A DNA stretch of 64,000 nucleotides, taken from positions 1 through 64,000 of the forward strand of contig CAVWFS010000016.1 of NCBI GenBank assembly GCA_963754315.1. Direction: 5' to 3'. This stretch comes from an uncultured Candidatus Rokubacteria bacterium (lineage in GTDB: Bacteria; Methylomirabilota; Methylomirabilia; Rokubacteriales; CSP1-6). The notes beneath the pieces were generated by a model. The model made no database searches. It saw only the letters and a program-made list of their open reading frames with translations, and was not told where the DNA came from. A program made the position numbers and the translations under genes. Every line of letters begins with the position of its first letter. Position 1 is the stretch's first letter. Positions 53,621 to 63,332 of this stretch are shown in pieces.

Positions 53621-54184
53621 ATGGCACTCGGAACGAACGACGTGAACGTGGAGAAGCTGAAGGAGACCGACGCGGCCATCAAGGCGAACCCTGGCCTCGA
53701 GAAGCTCATCGTCAAGGCCAAGTCCACGTGGTGCGGCGGGACGATGACGCAGGTCACCTTGAGCGAGTGGTCCGCGGGCGGCAACCGCATGACCGCCCGG
53801 CCCCGGCGCTTCACGATCATGGTGGACGAGCCGCCCGAACTGGGTGGGGCGGATGGGGGCCCGTTCCCCATCGAGGTGGTCCTGGCGGCCCTCGCGGGTT
53901 GTGTCAGCAATGCCACCGCCACCAACGCCGCGCTCTTCGGCGTGCCCATCGACGGCATCGAGATGGATCTGGAGGCCCACGTGGATGCTCGAGGCTTCCT
54001 CGGCCACGACAAGTCGGTGCGCAACGGCATCACCGATATCAACTACACGATCACCATCCAGAGCTCGGCGCCGGAAGACAAGGTCCGCAAGTGCAAGGAG
54101 ACCATCGATCGGAAGTCCGCCGTGCGCGACACCCTGGCTAACCCCGTGAACATCACCTCGAAGTTCGTCTACAAGCCGAGTTAA
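53621..54184 (+). CDS. OsmC-like family protein
   Basis: DEPPELGGADGGP.P.E..LAALAGC; GGAGGA SD. Confidence 0.85.
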   Translation: MALGTNDVNVEKLKETDAAIKANPGLEKLIVKAKSTWCGGTMTQVTLSEWSAGGNRMTARPRRFTIMVDEPPELGGADGGPFPIEVVLAALAGCVSNATATNAALFGVPIDGIEMDLEAHVDARGFLGHDKSVRNGITDINYTITIQSSAPEDKVRKCKETIDRKSAVRDTLANPVNITSKFVYKPS

Positions 54185-54224
54185 ACGCGGAGACGCTGGC
54201 CCGGCACGACGACAGGAGGAACCG

Positions 54225-55271
54225 ATGAACGAGGCCAAGCTCCACGAGTTCATGGGCAAGCTCGTCACCGATATGGGCGGTGCGTGCATGGTCGCCATGG
54301 TGCTGATCGGTGACGAGCTGGGCCTCTACAAGGCCATGGCCGACGGGCACCCGGTCACTGCAGAGGCGCTGGCCTCGCGGTGCGACTGCCACCCGCGGCT
54401 GGTGCGCGAGTGGCTGAACGCCAATGCGGCGGCCGGCTATCTTGAGGCCGTGAACGGCGCCTACCGGCTGCCGCCGGAACAGGCCATGGCCCTGGCCAAC
54501 GAAGACTCGCCTGTCTTCGTGGCGCCGGGCCAGAACGTCCTGGCGGCGTGTTTCATGGATCTCGACAAGGTGCTGGCCGCGTTCCGCGGTAACGGCGCCT
54601 TTCCCTGGGGCGAGCACCACCACCGGATGTTCCACGGGGTGGAGAAGTTCTTCCGACCGGGTTACCAGGCCAACCTCACCAGCGCGTGGTTGCCCGCCAT
54701 GGAGGGTGTGGTGGCCAAGCTCCAGGCCGGTGCCAAGGTCGCCGACGTGGGCTGCGGTCACGGCGCCTCAACAGTCATCATGGCCAAGGCCTACCCGAAC
54801 TCTCGCTTCTTCGGATTCGACTTCCACGCGCCGTCGGTCGAGGTGGCCCGAGCGCGGGCGGCCGAGGCCGGGGTGGGTGACCGCGCGACCTTCGTGACCG
54901 CCGCCGCCAAGGGCTACACGGAGCGCGGCTTCGATCTCATTTGCTTCTTCGACTGTCTGCACGACATGGGCGATCCGGTGGGCGCGGCCCGCCATGCCCG
55001 CCAGGCCCTCAAGGACGATGGGTCCGTGCTGCTGGTCGAGCCGTTCGCCGGAGACAGCTTGGCGGACAACTCGACCCCGGTCGGGCGCCTGTTCTACGCG
55101 GCCTCCAGCATGGTCTGCACGCCGAATTCCCTCTCTCAGGAAGTCGGGCTTGCGCTCGGCGCCCAAGCCGGTGAGGCTCGACTGCGCCAGGTATTCAGCG
55201 AGGCCGGGTTCAGCCGCTTCCGGCGCGCGACTGAAACGCCGTTCAACCTGATCCTCGAGGCGCGCAGGTAG
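54225..55271 (+). CDS. SAM-dependent methyltransferase with N-terminal winged HTH (Rv2258c-like)
   Basis: IGDELGLY, VREWL, ADVGCGHG, FDCLHDMGDP, LGAQAGE, ETPFN. Confidence 0.9.
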   Translation: MNEAKLHEFMGKLVTDMGGACMVAMVLIGDELGLYKAMADGHPVTAEALASRCDCHPRLVREWLNANAAAGYLEAVNGAYRLPPEQAMALANEDSPVFVAPGQNVLAACFMDLDKVLAAFRGNGAFPWGEHHHRMFHGVEKFFRPGYQANLTSAWLPAMEGVVAKLQAGAKVADVGCGHGASTVIMAKAYPNSRFFGFDFHAPSVEVARARAAEAGVGDRATFVTAAAKGYTERGFDLICFFDCLHDMGDPVGAARHARQALKDDGSVLLVEPFAGDSLADNSTPVGRLFYAASSMVCTPNSLSQEVGLALGAQAGEARLRQVFSEAGFSRFRRATETPFNLILEARR

Positions 55272-55295
55272 GTCGGGAAAATCAAGGAGAGTGCC

Positions 55296-55658
55296 ATGAG
55301 CGAGGCGAGCCTGTACCAGCGCTTGGGGAGCGCGGCAGGAATAGCGCGGATCACTGACGATATCTGGGCGAACCATACGCGCAATCCCCTCATCAAGCAA
55401 CGCTACGCCAGCAGCGATCCGGACAAGGTCAAGCGGCTGGTGCGCGAGCTGTTCGGCTCCGGTACCGGCGGGCCCGAGACGTACACGGGCAAGGGCATGC
55501 TGGAGGCCCATCGGGGCATGAACATCAGTGAGCAGGAATTCAATGCCGTGATCGACGACGTGCTGGATGCCCTCGCCAAGAACGGTATCGGTCAGCGTGA
55601 GAAGGACGAGGTGCTGTGTATCCTCTGGTCGATGCGCAAAGAAGTCGTGCACGTGTAG
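55296..55658 (+). CDS. Group I truncated (2/2) hemoglobin
   Basis: SLYQRLG, GGPETYTGKGM, proximal His in AHRGMNI, F..V. Confidence 0.9.
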   Translation: MSEASLYQRLGSAAGIARITDDIWANHTRNPLIKQRYASSDPDKVKRLVRELFGSGTGGPETYTGKGMLEAHRGMNISEQEFNAVIDDVLDALAKNGIGQREKDEVLCILWSMRKEVVHV

Positions 55659-55677
55659 CGTAGTCGGGGTTACTGGG

Positions 55678-57927
55678 ATGCCGGGCGAGATCAATTGCCT
55701 CTTCACGAAGGGGCTGATCCCTTTCGTGGAGAAAGAGATCGGACCCGAGGGAGTGGCGGCGATCTGCCGCACGGCGGGGCGATCCCGTGAGTATCTCATG
55801 GCCGACCACAACTGGCTTCCCCTCGGGCTCGCCAACGAGCTGGTCCGCGTGACGATGGAGCTGAAAGGCGAGCCGGACGTCGATCGCTGGGCGCGGCGCT
55901 TCACCGAAGACATGATGGATTGGAAACCGTCTCGCGAGTACCGCCACTACCTCGGCACCTACAGCATGGGAGTCGGCAACCCGCGCGAGTTGTACGAGCG
56001 CCACAACGTGATGGCGCAGGCGGTCAGTCGGTTCTGCCGGTACGACGCGGCGGTCCAGCGCCGCTCAGCCCGATATCGTCGGATCGCGGAGGCCGGCTTC
56101 ACAATCCCGCGGTGGTTTTGCATCTGGGAAGACGTCAAGTGGGAGCGGTATCCCACCAACTGGGGGCTGCCGCGCGCGGTGGTCGTCGAGAGCCAGTGCG
56201 CCGCCCGCGGCGCTGACTCGTGCCTCATCACGGTGCGGTGGAAGAACGCCCCGCTCGGCAGGCGCTTCTGGGGGCCCACGGTGGTTGGCGGCGCGGCTTC
56301 CGGCATCCTCACGACGGCGCTCGGCACCGGCCAACCGCTACCGTGGGCAGCGGCCGGTCTGGTCGCGACGCTGCCGGTACTCCTCGGAACCGCCGTCGGC
56401 TACGGACTGGTCCGACGTGGGCGAGAGCAGCACGCCAAGCGCATGCTCGATCTGCAGTCCGAGGAGATCCTCTACTCCAATAACGAGCTGGAGAAGAAAT
56501 TCCGCGACCTCGAGACCAAGATCGAGCAGCTCTCACTGCTCGGGGACCTGTCTGCCGCCGTCAACGCTACCCTCGACGTGGAAAAGATCTACGAGCAGGC
56601 CCTCGATCGCCTGGTCCATCGAATGGGGTACCAGGGCGCCTACCTTTTCCTGGTGGATCCGGCGCGACAGGTGGTGCGCGGTCACCGGATGGTCGGTGGG
56701 GCCCGGCCGAACGCTCCCTTCGAAAATGTGGAGTTCCGAGTGGACGACCCGCGTAGCGGGGCGTCACGCGTCGCGACCTCCGGCTTGCCCATGGTGGTGG
56801 AGGACGTGGAGAGCACCGAACAGCCGATCGACCTTTCCACCGCCCGCTCCCTGGGCGTGAGATCGGCGGTGATGGTGCCACTCAGGGTCAAGGAGCGTGT
56901 CTTCGGTGTCCTCAACGTCACTTCGAGTGCGCCGGGTGGCGTGGGGGAAGGGGACCTGGAGTTACTCTCCGCGGTGGCCAACCACGTGGCTCTCGCGGTG
57001 GACCGGGCCGAGAGCTTTCAGACCATCGAGGAGCTCAGCCGTGGCCTCGAGGACAAGGTGCGCGTGCGGACCGAGCAGCTGCGCAGCGCCCACGACGAAC
57101 TGCAGGCCGCCTATCGTGAACTGCAGGCCGCCCAGATGCAGCTCATCCAGCGCGAGAAGATGGCCTCGGTGGGCCAGCTGGTGGCTGGCGTGGCCCACGA
57201 GCTGAACAACCCTATCGGCTTTGTCTACTCCAACGTCACCACCTTGGAAGACTTTGTCCGGCGGCTCCGGGGCATGCTCGAGGTGTACCGCGACGCGCCT
57301 TTGGCCGACGCCGACAAGAGCCGGATCCAGGGCGAGTGGGAGTCACGAAAGATCGACTATGCCCTCAAGTATCTCGACTCGATGACCCAGGGCATCAAGG
57401 AAGGCGCCGAGCGAGCCCGGAAGATCGTACGCGACCTGCGCGTGTTCGCCCGGAGCCAGGACGACGTCTGGCAACCAGTAGACCTGCACGAGGAGCTGGA
57501 GTCGAGCCTGACATTGCTCAATCACCTGCTCAAGGACCGGGTCGCCGTCCACCGCAAGTTCGGTGACTTGCCGGCCGTGGAGTGCATCCGCTCCCAGATC
57601 GACCAGGTCTTTCTCAACCTGCTCGCCAATGCCGCCCAGGCCATATCGGGCCCGGGGGCCATCACCATCGAGACTCGACGCCAGAGCGACGACGCCCTCG
57701 TCACTATCAGCGACACAGGTCCGGGCATCCCGCACGAGGTCATGGGACGCATCTTCGACCCGTTCTTCACCACCAAGCCGGTGGGCGAAGGCACAGGCCT
57801 CGGGCTCTCCATCAGCTACGAGATCGTCAAGAAGCACGGCGGCGAGATCCGGGCCGAGAGCCCACCGGGCGGCGGGGCCGTGTTCACTCTGCGTTTGCCC
57901 CTGGCCCGAGCGGTTCAGCATGGCTGA
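55678..57927 (+). CDS. Sensor histidine kinase: H-NOX/V4R-like N-terminus, 2 hydrophobic helices, GAF, HisKA, HATPase
   Basis: ESQCAARGADSC V4R-like motif; GAF; EKMASVGQLVAGVAHELNNP; N/G/F boxes (NLLANA, DTGPG, FDPFFTTK, GTGLGL). Confidence 0.9.
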   Translation: MPGEINCLFTKGLIPFVEKEIGPEGVAAICRTAGRSREYLMADHNWLPLGLANELVRVTMELKGEPDVDRWARRFTEDMMDWKPSREYRHYLGTYSMGVGNPRELYERHNVMAQAVSRFCRYDAAVQRRSARYRRIAEAGFTIPRWFCIWEDVKWERYPTNWGLPRAVVVESQCAARGADSCLITVRWKNAPLGRRFWGPTVVGGAASGILTTALGTGQPLPWAAAGLVATLPVLLGTAVGYGLVRRGREQHAKRMLDLQSEEILYSNNELEKKFRDLETKIEQLSLLGDLSAAVNATLDVEKIYEQALDRLVHRMGYQGAYLFLVDPARQVVRGHRMVGGARPNAPFENVEFRVDDPRSGASRVATSGLPMVVEDVESTEQPIDLSTARSLGVRSAVMVPLRVKERVFGVLNVTSSAPGGVGEGDLELLSAVANHVALAVDRAESFQTIEELSRGLEDKVRVRTEQLRSAHDELQAAYRELQAAQMQLIQREKMASVGQLVAGVAHELNNPIGFVYSNVTTLEDFVRRLRGMLEVYRDAPLADADKSRIQGEWESRKIDYALKYLDSMTQGIKEGAERARKIVRDLRVFARSQDDVWQPVDLHEELESSLTLLNHLLKDRVAVHRKFGDLPAVECIRSQIDQVFLNLLANAAQAISGPGAITIETRRQSDDALVTISDTGPGIPHEVMGRIFDPFFTTKPVGEGTGLGLSISYEIVKKHGGEIRAESPPGGGAVFTLRLPLARAVQHG

Positions 57928-59074
57928 CGAAGCCTCGGTGCTGGTCGTGGACGACGAGGTCAGGGTGCTCGACTCGCTCGAGGCTCTCTTGGCCATGGAC
58001 TACCGCGTGCTGCGTGCCGATCGTCCAGAGGCCGCCCTGGCCGTCCTGAGCCAGGAGCCGGTGGCGGTGATCGTCAGCGACCAGCGCATGCCCGGCATGA
58101 CCGGAACAGAGTTCCTGGCCCGGAGCCGCGACCTGGCTCCGGAGGCAGTACGCATCCTCCTGACGGCGTTCACCGACACCGACGCCCTCATGCAGTCGAT
58201 CAATGCGGCCAATATCTACCACTTCCTCCTCAAGCCGTGGGATCCCACCGAGCTGACGCATACTGTTCGCCGCGGCGTGGAGCGTCACCGGCTTGCCACC
58301 GAGCGAAACCAGCTGCTGCGGGATCTGGCGGAGAAGAACGCCAACCTCGAGACTACCCTCGCCGACTTGCGTACCTCCCAGGAGCAGGCCGTGCGCGAAG
58401 CGGGCGTGCGTACCCAGCTCCAGCGGTACGTCTCCCCTCGGCTCGCCGACATGGCGCTCGGTAACCCGAGCCTCCTCGATCAGCCCGGCGACTGGCGCGA
58501 GGCCACCATCCTCTTCGCTGACATCCGCGGTTACACGCGCCTCATCGAGACCACCCCGGGATCGGTAGTCATCCGGCTCCTGGACGGGTACCTGAGCGAG
58601 ATGATAGAGATCATCTTCCGTCACCAGGGCACGGTCGAGCAGCTCATCGGCGACGAGATCGTGGTCCTGTTCGGTGTGGCGGAAGACGGCAAGGACGCTC
58701 CCCAGCGCGCGGTGCGGGCCGCCGTCGAGATGGTCGCGGCGGTGCAGGGGCTCTCGCGCCGTTGGGCGGCCGGTGGGGTCCCCCGTTTCGACATCGGGGT
58801 GGGGATCAGCTCGGGGCCAGTCATGGCGGCCACCATCGGCTCCGAGCGGCGGCGCGAGCTGATCGTGGTGGGACGGCCCATGATCGCGGCGGCGCGCATC
58901 CAGCGGATGACGCGACTGTTCGACGCGCATATAATCGCGGCCGAGGGCACGTTCCGCGAGGTGAGCGATCTCGTCCGCTATCGCGAGCTGGGTACGCCGA
59001 AACTGAAGGGTATCAAGGACCGCGAAACCCTCTACGAGATTCTCGGGCTTCACGAACGCGCCCCCGTCCACTAG
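57920..59074 (+). CDS. Response regulator receiver fused to a class III nucleotide cyclase domain (degenerate motifs)
   Basis: VVDDE, SDQRMP, KPW receiver; TILFADIRGYT, LIGDE, IGVGISSG, KLKG. Confidence 0.88.
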   Translation: MADEASVLVVDDEVRVLDSLEALLAMDYRVLRADRPEAALAVLSQEPVAVIVSDQRMPGMTGTEFLARSRDLAPEAVRILLTAFTDTDALMQSINAANIYHFLLKPWDPTELTHTVRRGVERHRLATERNQLLRDLAEKNANLETTLADLRTSQEQAVREAGVRTQLQRYVSPRLADMALGNPSLLDQPGDWREATILFADIRGYTRLIETTPGSVVIRLLDGYLSEMIEIIFRHQGTVEQLIGDEIVVLFGVAEDGKDAPQRAVRAAVEMVAAVQGLSRRWAAGGVPRFDIGVGISSGPVMAATIGSERRRELIVVGRPMIAAARIQRMTRLFDAHIIAAEGTFREVSDLVRYRELGTPKLKGIKDRETLYEILGLHERAPVH

Positions 59075-59101
59075 GACGACCACGCCGATCGAGAGAGGGG
59101 A

Positions 59102-60493
59102 GTGGAGCAAGCGACGGTTCTCGTGGTGGACGATGAGCCGCGCGTCTTGGACGCGCTCGAGGCCGTCCTCGCCGCGGAGTTCCGGGTGCTCCGCGCCGAG
59201 AGCGGCGAGCACGCCCTGCGGAACCTGGCCGACACGGACGTCGCGGTCATCGTCACCGACTACCGCATGCCGGGCATGACCGGCGTCGAGCTGCTTCGCC
59301 GGAGCCAGGACGTGGCTCCCGAGGCCGTCCGCATTCTTCTCACGGCCTATACCGACGTGGAAAGCCTGATGGAGGCGATCAACACCGGGCACATCTACCA
59401 CGTCCTCCCCAAGCCCTGGGACCCGAACGAGCTGTTGCTGGTCGTGCGGCGGGCCGCCGAGCGCTACGCGCTGGCCCAGGAGAACGCGCGGCTCAAAGAC
59501 GAGCTGGAGCTAGCCCTCAACACATTGCAGCGAGAAGCGGCCGAGGCTCGAGAGCGTCCTCTGCTGTTTGAGCGGCTGGTGGGCGCCCAGACGGGTCTCC
59601 GCCCTGCGGTCGAGCTGGCCCGAAAGGTTCTCGACACCGACACGACGGTGTTGCTACTCGGGGAGACGGGTACGGGCAAGGAACTGTTCGCGCGTCTTAT
59701 CCACGATAACGGACCGCGGCGCACCGCCAAGTTCATCGCCCAGAATTGCGGCGCCTTGCCGGAGTCGCTTCTGGAGTCCGAGCTGTTCGGCCACACAAGG
59801 GGCGCGTTCACCGGCGCCGTGGCCGAGCGTCGCGGGCTCTTCGAGGAGGCCGACGGCGGCACCATCTTCCTCGATGAAGTGGGCGAGACCTCACCTGCCA
59901 TGCAGCTCAGGCTGCTGCGCGTGCTTCAGGAGGGCGAGATCCGTCGGGTGGGCGCCTCGACAACGAAGCACATCAACGTGCGGGTGCTCGCGGCCACCAA
60001 TGCGGATCTGGAAGCGGATGTCGAGGTCGGGCGTTTCCGCAAAGACCTCTACTACCGGCTCAACGTGTTTCCCATCCGCGTGCCGGCCCTGCGGGACCGC
60101 GCCGAGGACATTCCCCCGCTGGCCGATCACTTCCTGCGCGTGTACCGGGAGCGCTCCCGGCGCGCCGTCCCATCCATCTCACCCGAGGCGCTGCGGTGCC
60201 TACGCGCCTACCCGTTCCCCGGCAATGTCCGCGAGCTGGAGAACGAGATCGAACGCGCCGTGGCCTTGGCCGACCCTGGTCAGCCCATCGGCCCCGAGCA
60301 TCTCTCCGAGCGGCTCCGGGGCAGCGCCGCCAGGAGCGTGCTCCCCCAGACGCTCAACGAGGCCATCGAGCAGCTCAAGCGGCGGATGATCGAGGACGCC
60401 CTCCGCGAGTGCGGCTCGAAGGCGCGAGCCGCCGAACGCCTAGGACTGACCCGTCAGAGCCTCCAGCAGATGCTCCGCCGCCGTCAAGCCTGA
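59102..60493 (+). CDS. Sigma54-dependent NtrC-family response regulator (REC-AAA+-Fis HTH)
   Basis: TDYRMP, GETGTGKE, ESELFGH, GAFTGA, FLDE, DLYYRL, PGNVRELEN, AAERLG. Confidence 0.95.
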   Translation: MEQATVLVVDDEPRVLDALEAVLAAEFRVLRAESGEHALRNLADTDVAVIVTDYRMPGMTGVELLRRSQDVAPEAVRILLTAYTDVESLMEAINTGHIYHVLPKPWDPNELLLVVRRAAERYALAQENARLKDELELALNTLQREAAEARERPLLFERLVGAQTGLRPAVELARKVLDTDTTVLLLGETGTGKELFARLIHDNGPRRTAKFIAQNCGALPESLLESELFGHTRGAFTGAVAERRGLFEEADGGTIFLDEVGETSPAMQLRLLRVLQEGEIRRVGASTTKHINVRVLAATNADLEADVEVGRFRKDLYYRLNVFPIRVPALRDRAEDIPPLADHFLRVYRERSRRAVPSISPEALRCLRAYPFPGNVRELENEIERAVALADPGQPIGPEHLSERLRGSAARSVLPQTLNEAIEQLKRRMIEDALRECGSKARAAERLGLTRQSLQQMLRRRQA

Positions 60494-60495
60494 GA

Positions 60496-62321
60496 TCATG
60501 AAGGTCCACCGCAGTAACTCGTAATAGCGTTCTTGAGGTTCTCTTCGGTTCCGAAACCAGGCGGGTAAGCATACTGGTGGGCCGCGTCACGGAGACTTGT
60601 GTACGTCAAGATCAGGGCTTGTTCGCTCTTCTGTACGCAATCTGGCTGGCGCGGAACTCCGAGGAAAACACCCGGCGGATTGGTTTTGCTCGGGTTCCAT
60701 TTACATATGACACCTTCATCCCCCGCACCTGCACCGAGGTTACAACCCCAAAGCTGCCCAGAACCGGACGGATGGGCAATGGCATATTGCGCGCCGGCTT
60801 GGCGATCGGGACGCTGCAGTTGACGAGGGTTTGCTCGTTGTAGCCGTATATCTTCGGCAAATGAACACACGCCGGCAAACTATTCTGGGCCGGGGTAATG
60901 GGAACGGAGGTCCCCCCGGGGGCAAAGACGACTCGGTAGAGCGGAGCGTCACAATCGTACACCTGAGGATCGTTTGGCCAGCTATACGCGCGGGGAAATA
61001 CCGTGTGCACCCTATCTTCGCCAATGCACTGGGAATCGGTGTTACTGGGGAAGACGTCGCGGCAATGACCCAACGGTGGCTGGGTCGAAGTGGTCCGCAC
61101 GTTCGTGAAGGGATTGACCCAGCCGAACGGAAAAGTGCACACATCGTCGGGACAGGTCTCGGCCGCGATGAAGCCTCGGAGCTGACAGGTGTTGTTGGTG
61201 GCGCTGCCGGGATTCTGCCAGCACGACGCGTGCACCCCGCTTTGCTGCTGGCAGTCGGCGTCACTCGTACAATGCTGCCCGTATTTGGTCCCATTTCCGG
61301 CACAAAATACGTTCCAACCGAGGCATCTGGGGTCGGACAGGTCGCAGGTGGGAAGTGGTTCGAGCGGGAACTTGTATTTCCCACAATTGTTGAAGCACGC
61401 CACCGTACGGTCCCCACCTTGCGGCTGGCCGCTATCATCGATGATGACATATCCGAAAACTTTTTGGTTGAAGGGGGGCTTGGGTATCCCCGTCAGGTCG
61501 GAGCGTTTGAGCCTGAAATCCGGCAGACAGTTCGCGTCGGCCCGCAAATCCTGGCCATGGACCGAAAGGGGAGAGTTCCGAATCTTGTCGTTCGGAACCA
61601 GCCAGGTGATGCTTTGAGGATTTCCCGGATCCAAAGCACTGCAGCCCACTTGCTCGATGTCCACGGTGAGGTTCACACCGTTGACCGCGCTGATGTCGAA
61701 ATTGTCTCTCAGGTAGGTCCCGCCCCCTTGTTTGGGCAGTTGCTGGGCGAAGTTCCACTCGGTAATGGTGGCGCCGCCGGGTGGCCCGAGCTTAGCCTTG
61801 CTGACATCATACTTACCGCCAGAACCCCCGGTCTCGCACTGAGCAATGTCCGCCGCGACATCATAACGACAACCAGTTCGCGCCCAGAGAATCGGACCCA
61901 GACTCCCTTCGGGGCCGGTGGATAACCACTCTTGCGGTATGTCGATGGTCAGGAAATTCTTACCCGACCCGACGGGTTCCATCACCCAGGTTCCTTCTCG
62001 CGGGAACACGGAGGTCGGATTGAGACCGGCTCGGTGGGCCGCGTTCGCTGTCCCCAGCAACGTCTGGTCGGTACAGTTGACCAGTTGCACCACTCTGACG
62101 CTGCCGCGTGGTTCGGGGATAGGCACGTTCGCTGCACAGGACTGAGCGTTGGCAGGCCCGGCGGAGAACAACTGGAGAACCGAACTGAATCCAAGAACCA
62201 GGCCCGCGACCGGTGAGATCTTGCGAGTCAGCGCAGCCCTGTCTTGACGCTTAACCAACCCTCGCGACGCAGCCGACGACGGACTGACCCACCGAAGGAA
62301 CCGAGCAGAGATTGCCATCAT
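60496..62321 (-). CDS. Secreted cysteine-rich thaumatin-family protein (indel near 60790 splits off the C-terminus)
   Basis: Signal ending ANA; VNC, WARTGC, CETG, AT..EW, DISAVNGVN, AC...C, PRAYSWPND, YRVVF.P match thaumatin motifs in order. Confidence 0.75.
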
Positions 62322-62372
62322 GACCCTCCCCGAGGAGCACGTCTTGAACGAACTACACTACAGTTGAACAAG

Positions 62373-62387
62373 TGACAATTTCTGTCA
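62373..62387. promoter_or_regulatory. Palindromic operator candidate upstream of the thaumatin-like gene
   Basis: TGACA-ATTTC-TGTCA in an AT-rich spacer. Confidence 0.35.
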
Positions 62388-62546
62388 AGCGCCCAGTAAT
62401 TATTACGTTTCTGAGGCTTTTGTGAGGGCGTCCAGTTTCTGGTACCCGGTTCGGGTCGCCGTGCCCAGCGCGTGAGGGGCGGAGCCCATAGCGTGACGGA
62501 CGCTGGAAGCGTAGGAAGAGGGAATTTCAGGCCTCCAGCCAGGCTG

Positions 62547-62977
62547 TCAACCCACGAGGGGATTCACCGTGCGCAATCCCGGGAAACGTGCGAAGTCGCG
62601 GTCAGTCGTGCAGAGCACCGCGCCGGACTCGATAGCCAGCGCGGCCAGGGCGGCATCGCTGACGAGGGCCCCCGTCACCTGGGCTTGATGGAGGAGGTCC
62701 CTCAGGACGTTCCAGTATTGCTCACCTGGATCGATAGGCGCGACTGACGGCAACGCGAGCCAGGACGAAACCGTGCCTTCGGCCTCGCTCGTAGTGAGCG
62801 GCCGCTCGAACACCCGCGGACTCGTGCTGATCCGGATGAAGGCGACGATGGTCGCCCACGGCAGACGGATCGCCGCGCCACTGGAGAACTCCGCCTCCAT
62901 CCATGCGCGACACCGCTCGTGTTGCGCCGCGCGGGGTGATAGGCGTACAGCAGCACGTTGGCGTCGACGACAGTCAA
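62547..62977 (-). CDS. VapC-family PIN toxin (indel near 62935)
   Basis: VVDANVLLYA, FIRISTSPRVF, LVSDAALAALAIE, TTDRDFARFPGL. Confidence 0.85.
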
Positions 62978-63222
62978 CGCGCGTCGGGGCCATCGACCAG
63001 ATCGAGGAGTTCGCCGATGTTGTCCAGGGACAAGCCGGGCCTGAGATTACCGAGGTCGCGGGGCTCGATGCGGAAGGGTGCCGGGCGGCTCCGCCCGCGG
63101 CCGGCCGTGAGCGCCACTCGCAAGCACTCGTTAAGGATAGTCTTGAATGGCTTGCCGGTTCGGCGGGCCTCGGCCTTGAGCTTAGCGACTACGTCCTCGT
63201 CCAGGGTCACCGTCGTCCGCAT
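62974..63222 (-). CDS. VapB-type ribbon-helix-helix antitoxin
   Basis: MRTTVTLDEDV..LK..A N-terminus; overlaps the toxin start (TTGA). Confidence 0.85.
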   Translation of the reverse strand: MRTTVTLDEDVVAKLKAEARRTGKPFKTILNECLRVALTAGRGRSRPAPFRIEPRDLGNLRPGLSLDNIGELLDLVDGPDAR

Positions 63223-63258
63223 CTCACGTATGCTATCAGCTTGGCATCAAGATGACAA
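63223..63258 (-). promoter_or_regulatory. Sigma70 promoter giving a probably leaderless vapB transcript
   Basis: TTGTCA-17 nt-TAGCAT-7 nt-ATG, with a CATCTTGATG near-palindrome overlapping the -35. Confidence 0.6.
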
Positions 63259-63332
63259 TGTCGAGGATTCATGGTGCGCTACCGGGGCGGCCGTCGAGGC
63301 GGACGCAGTGCCATACTTCACGGGCCCCGGTG

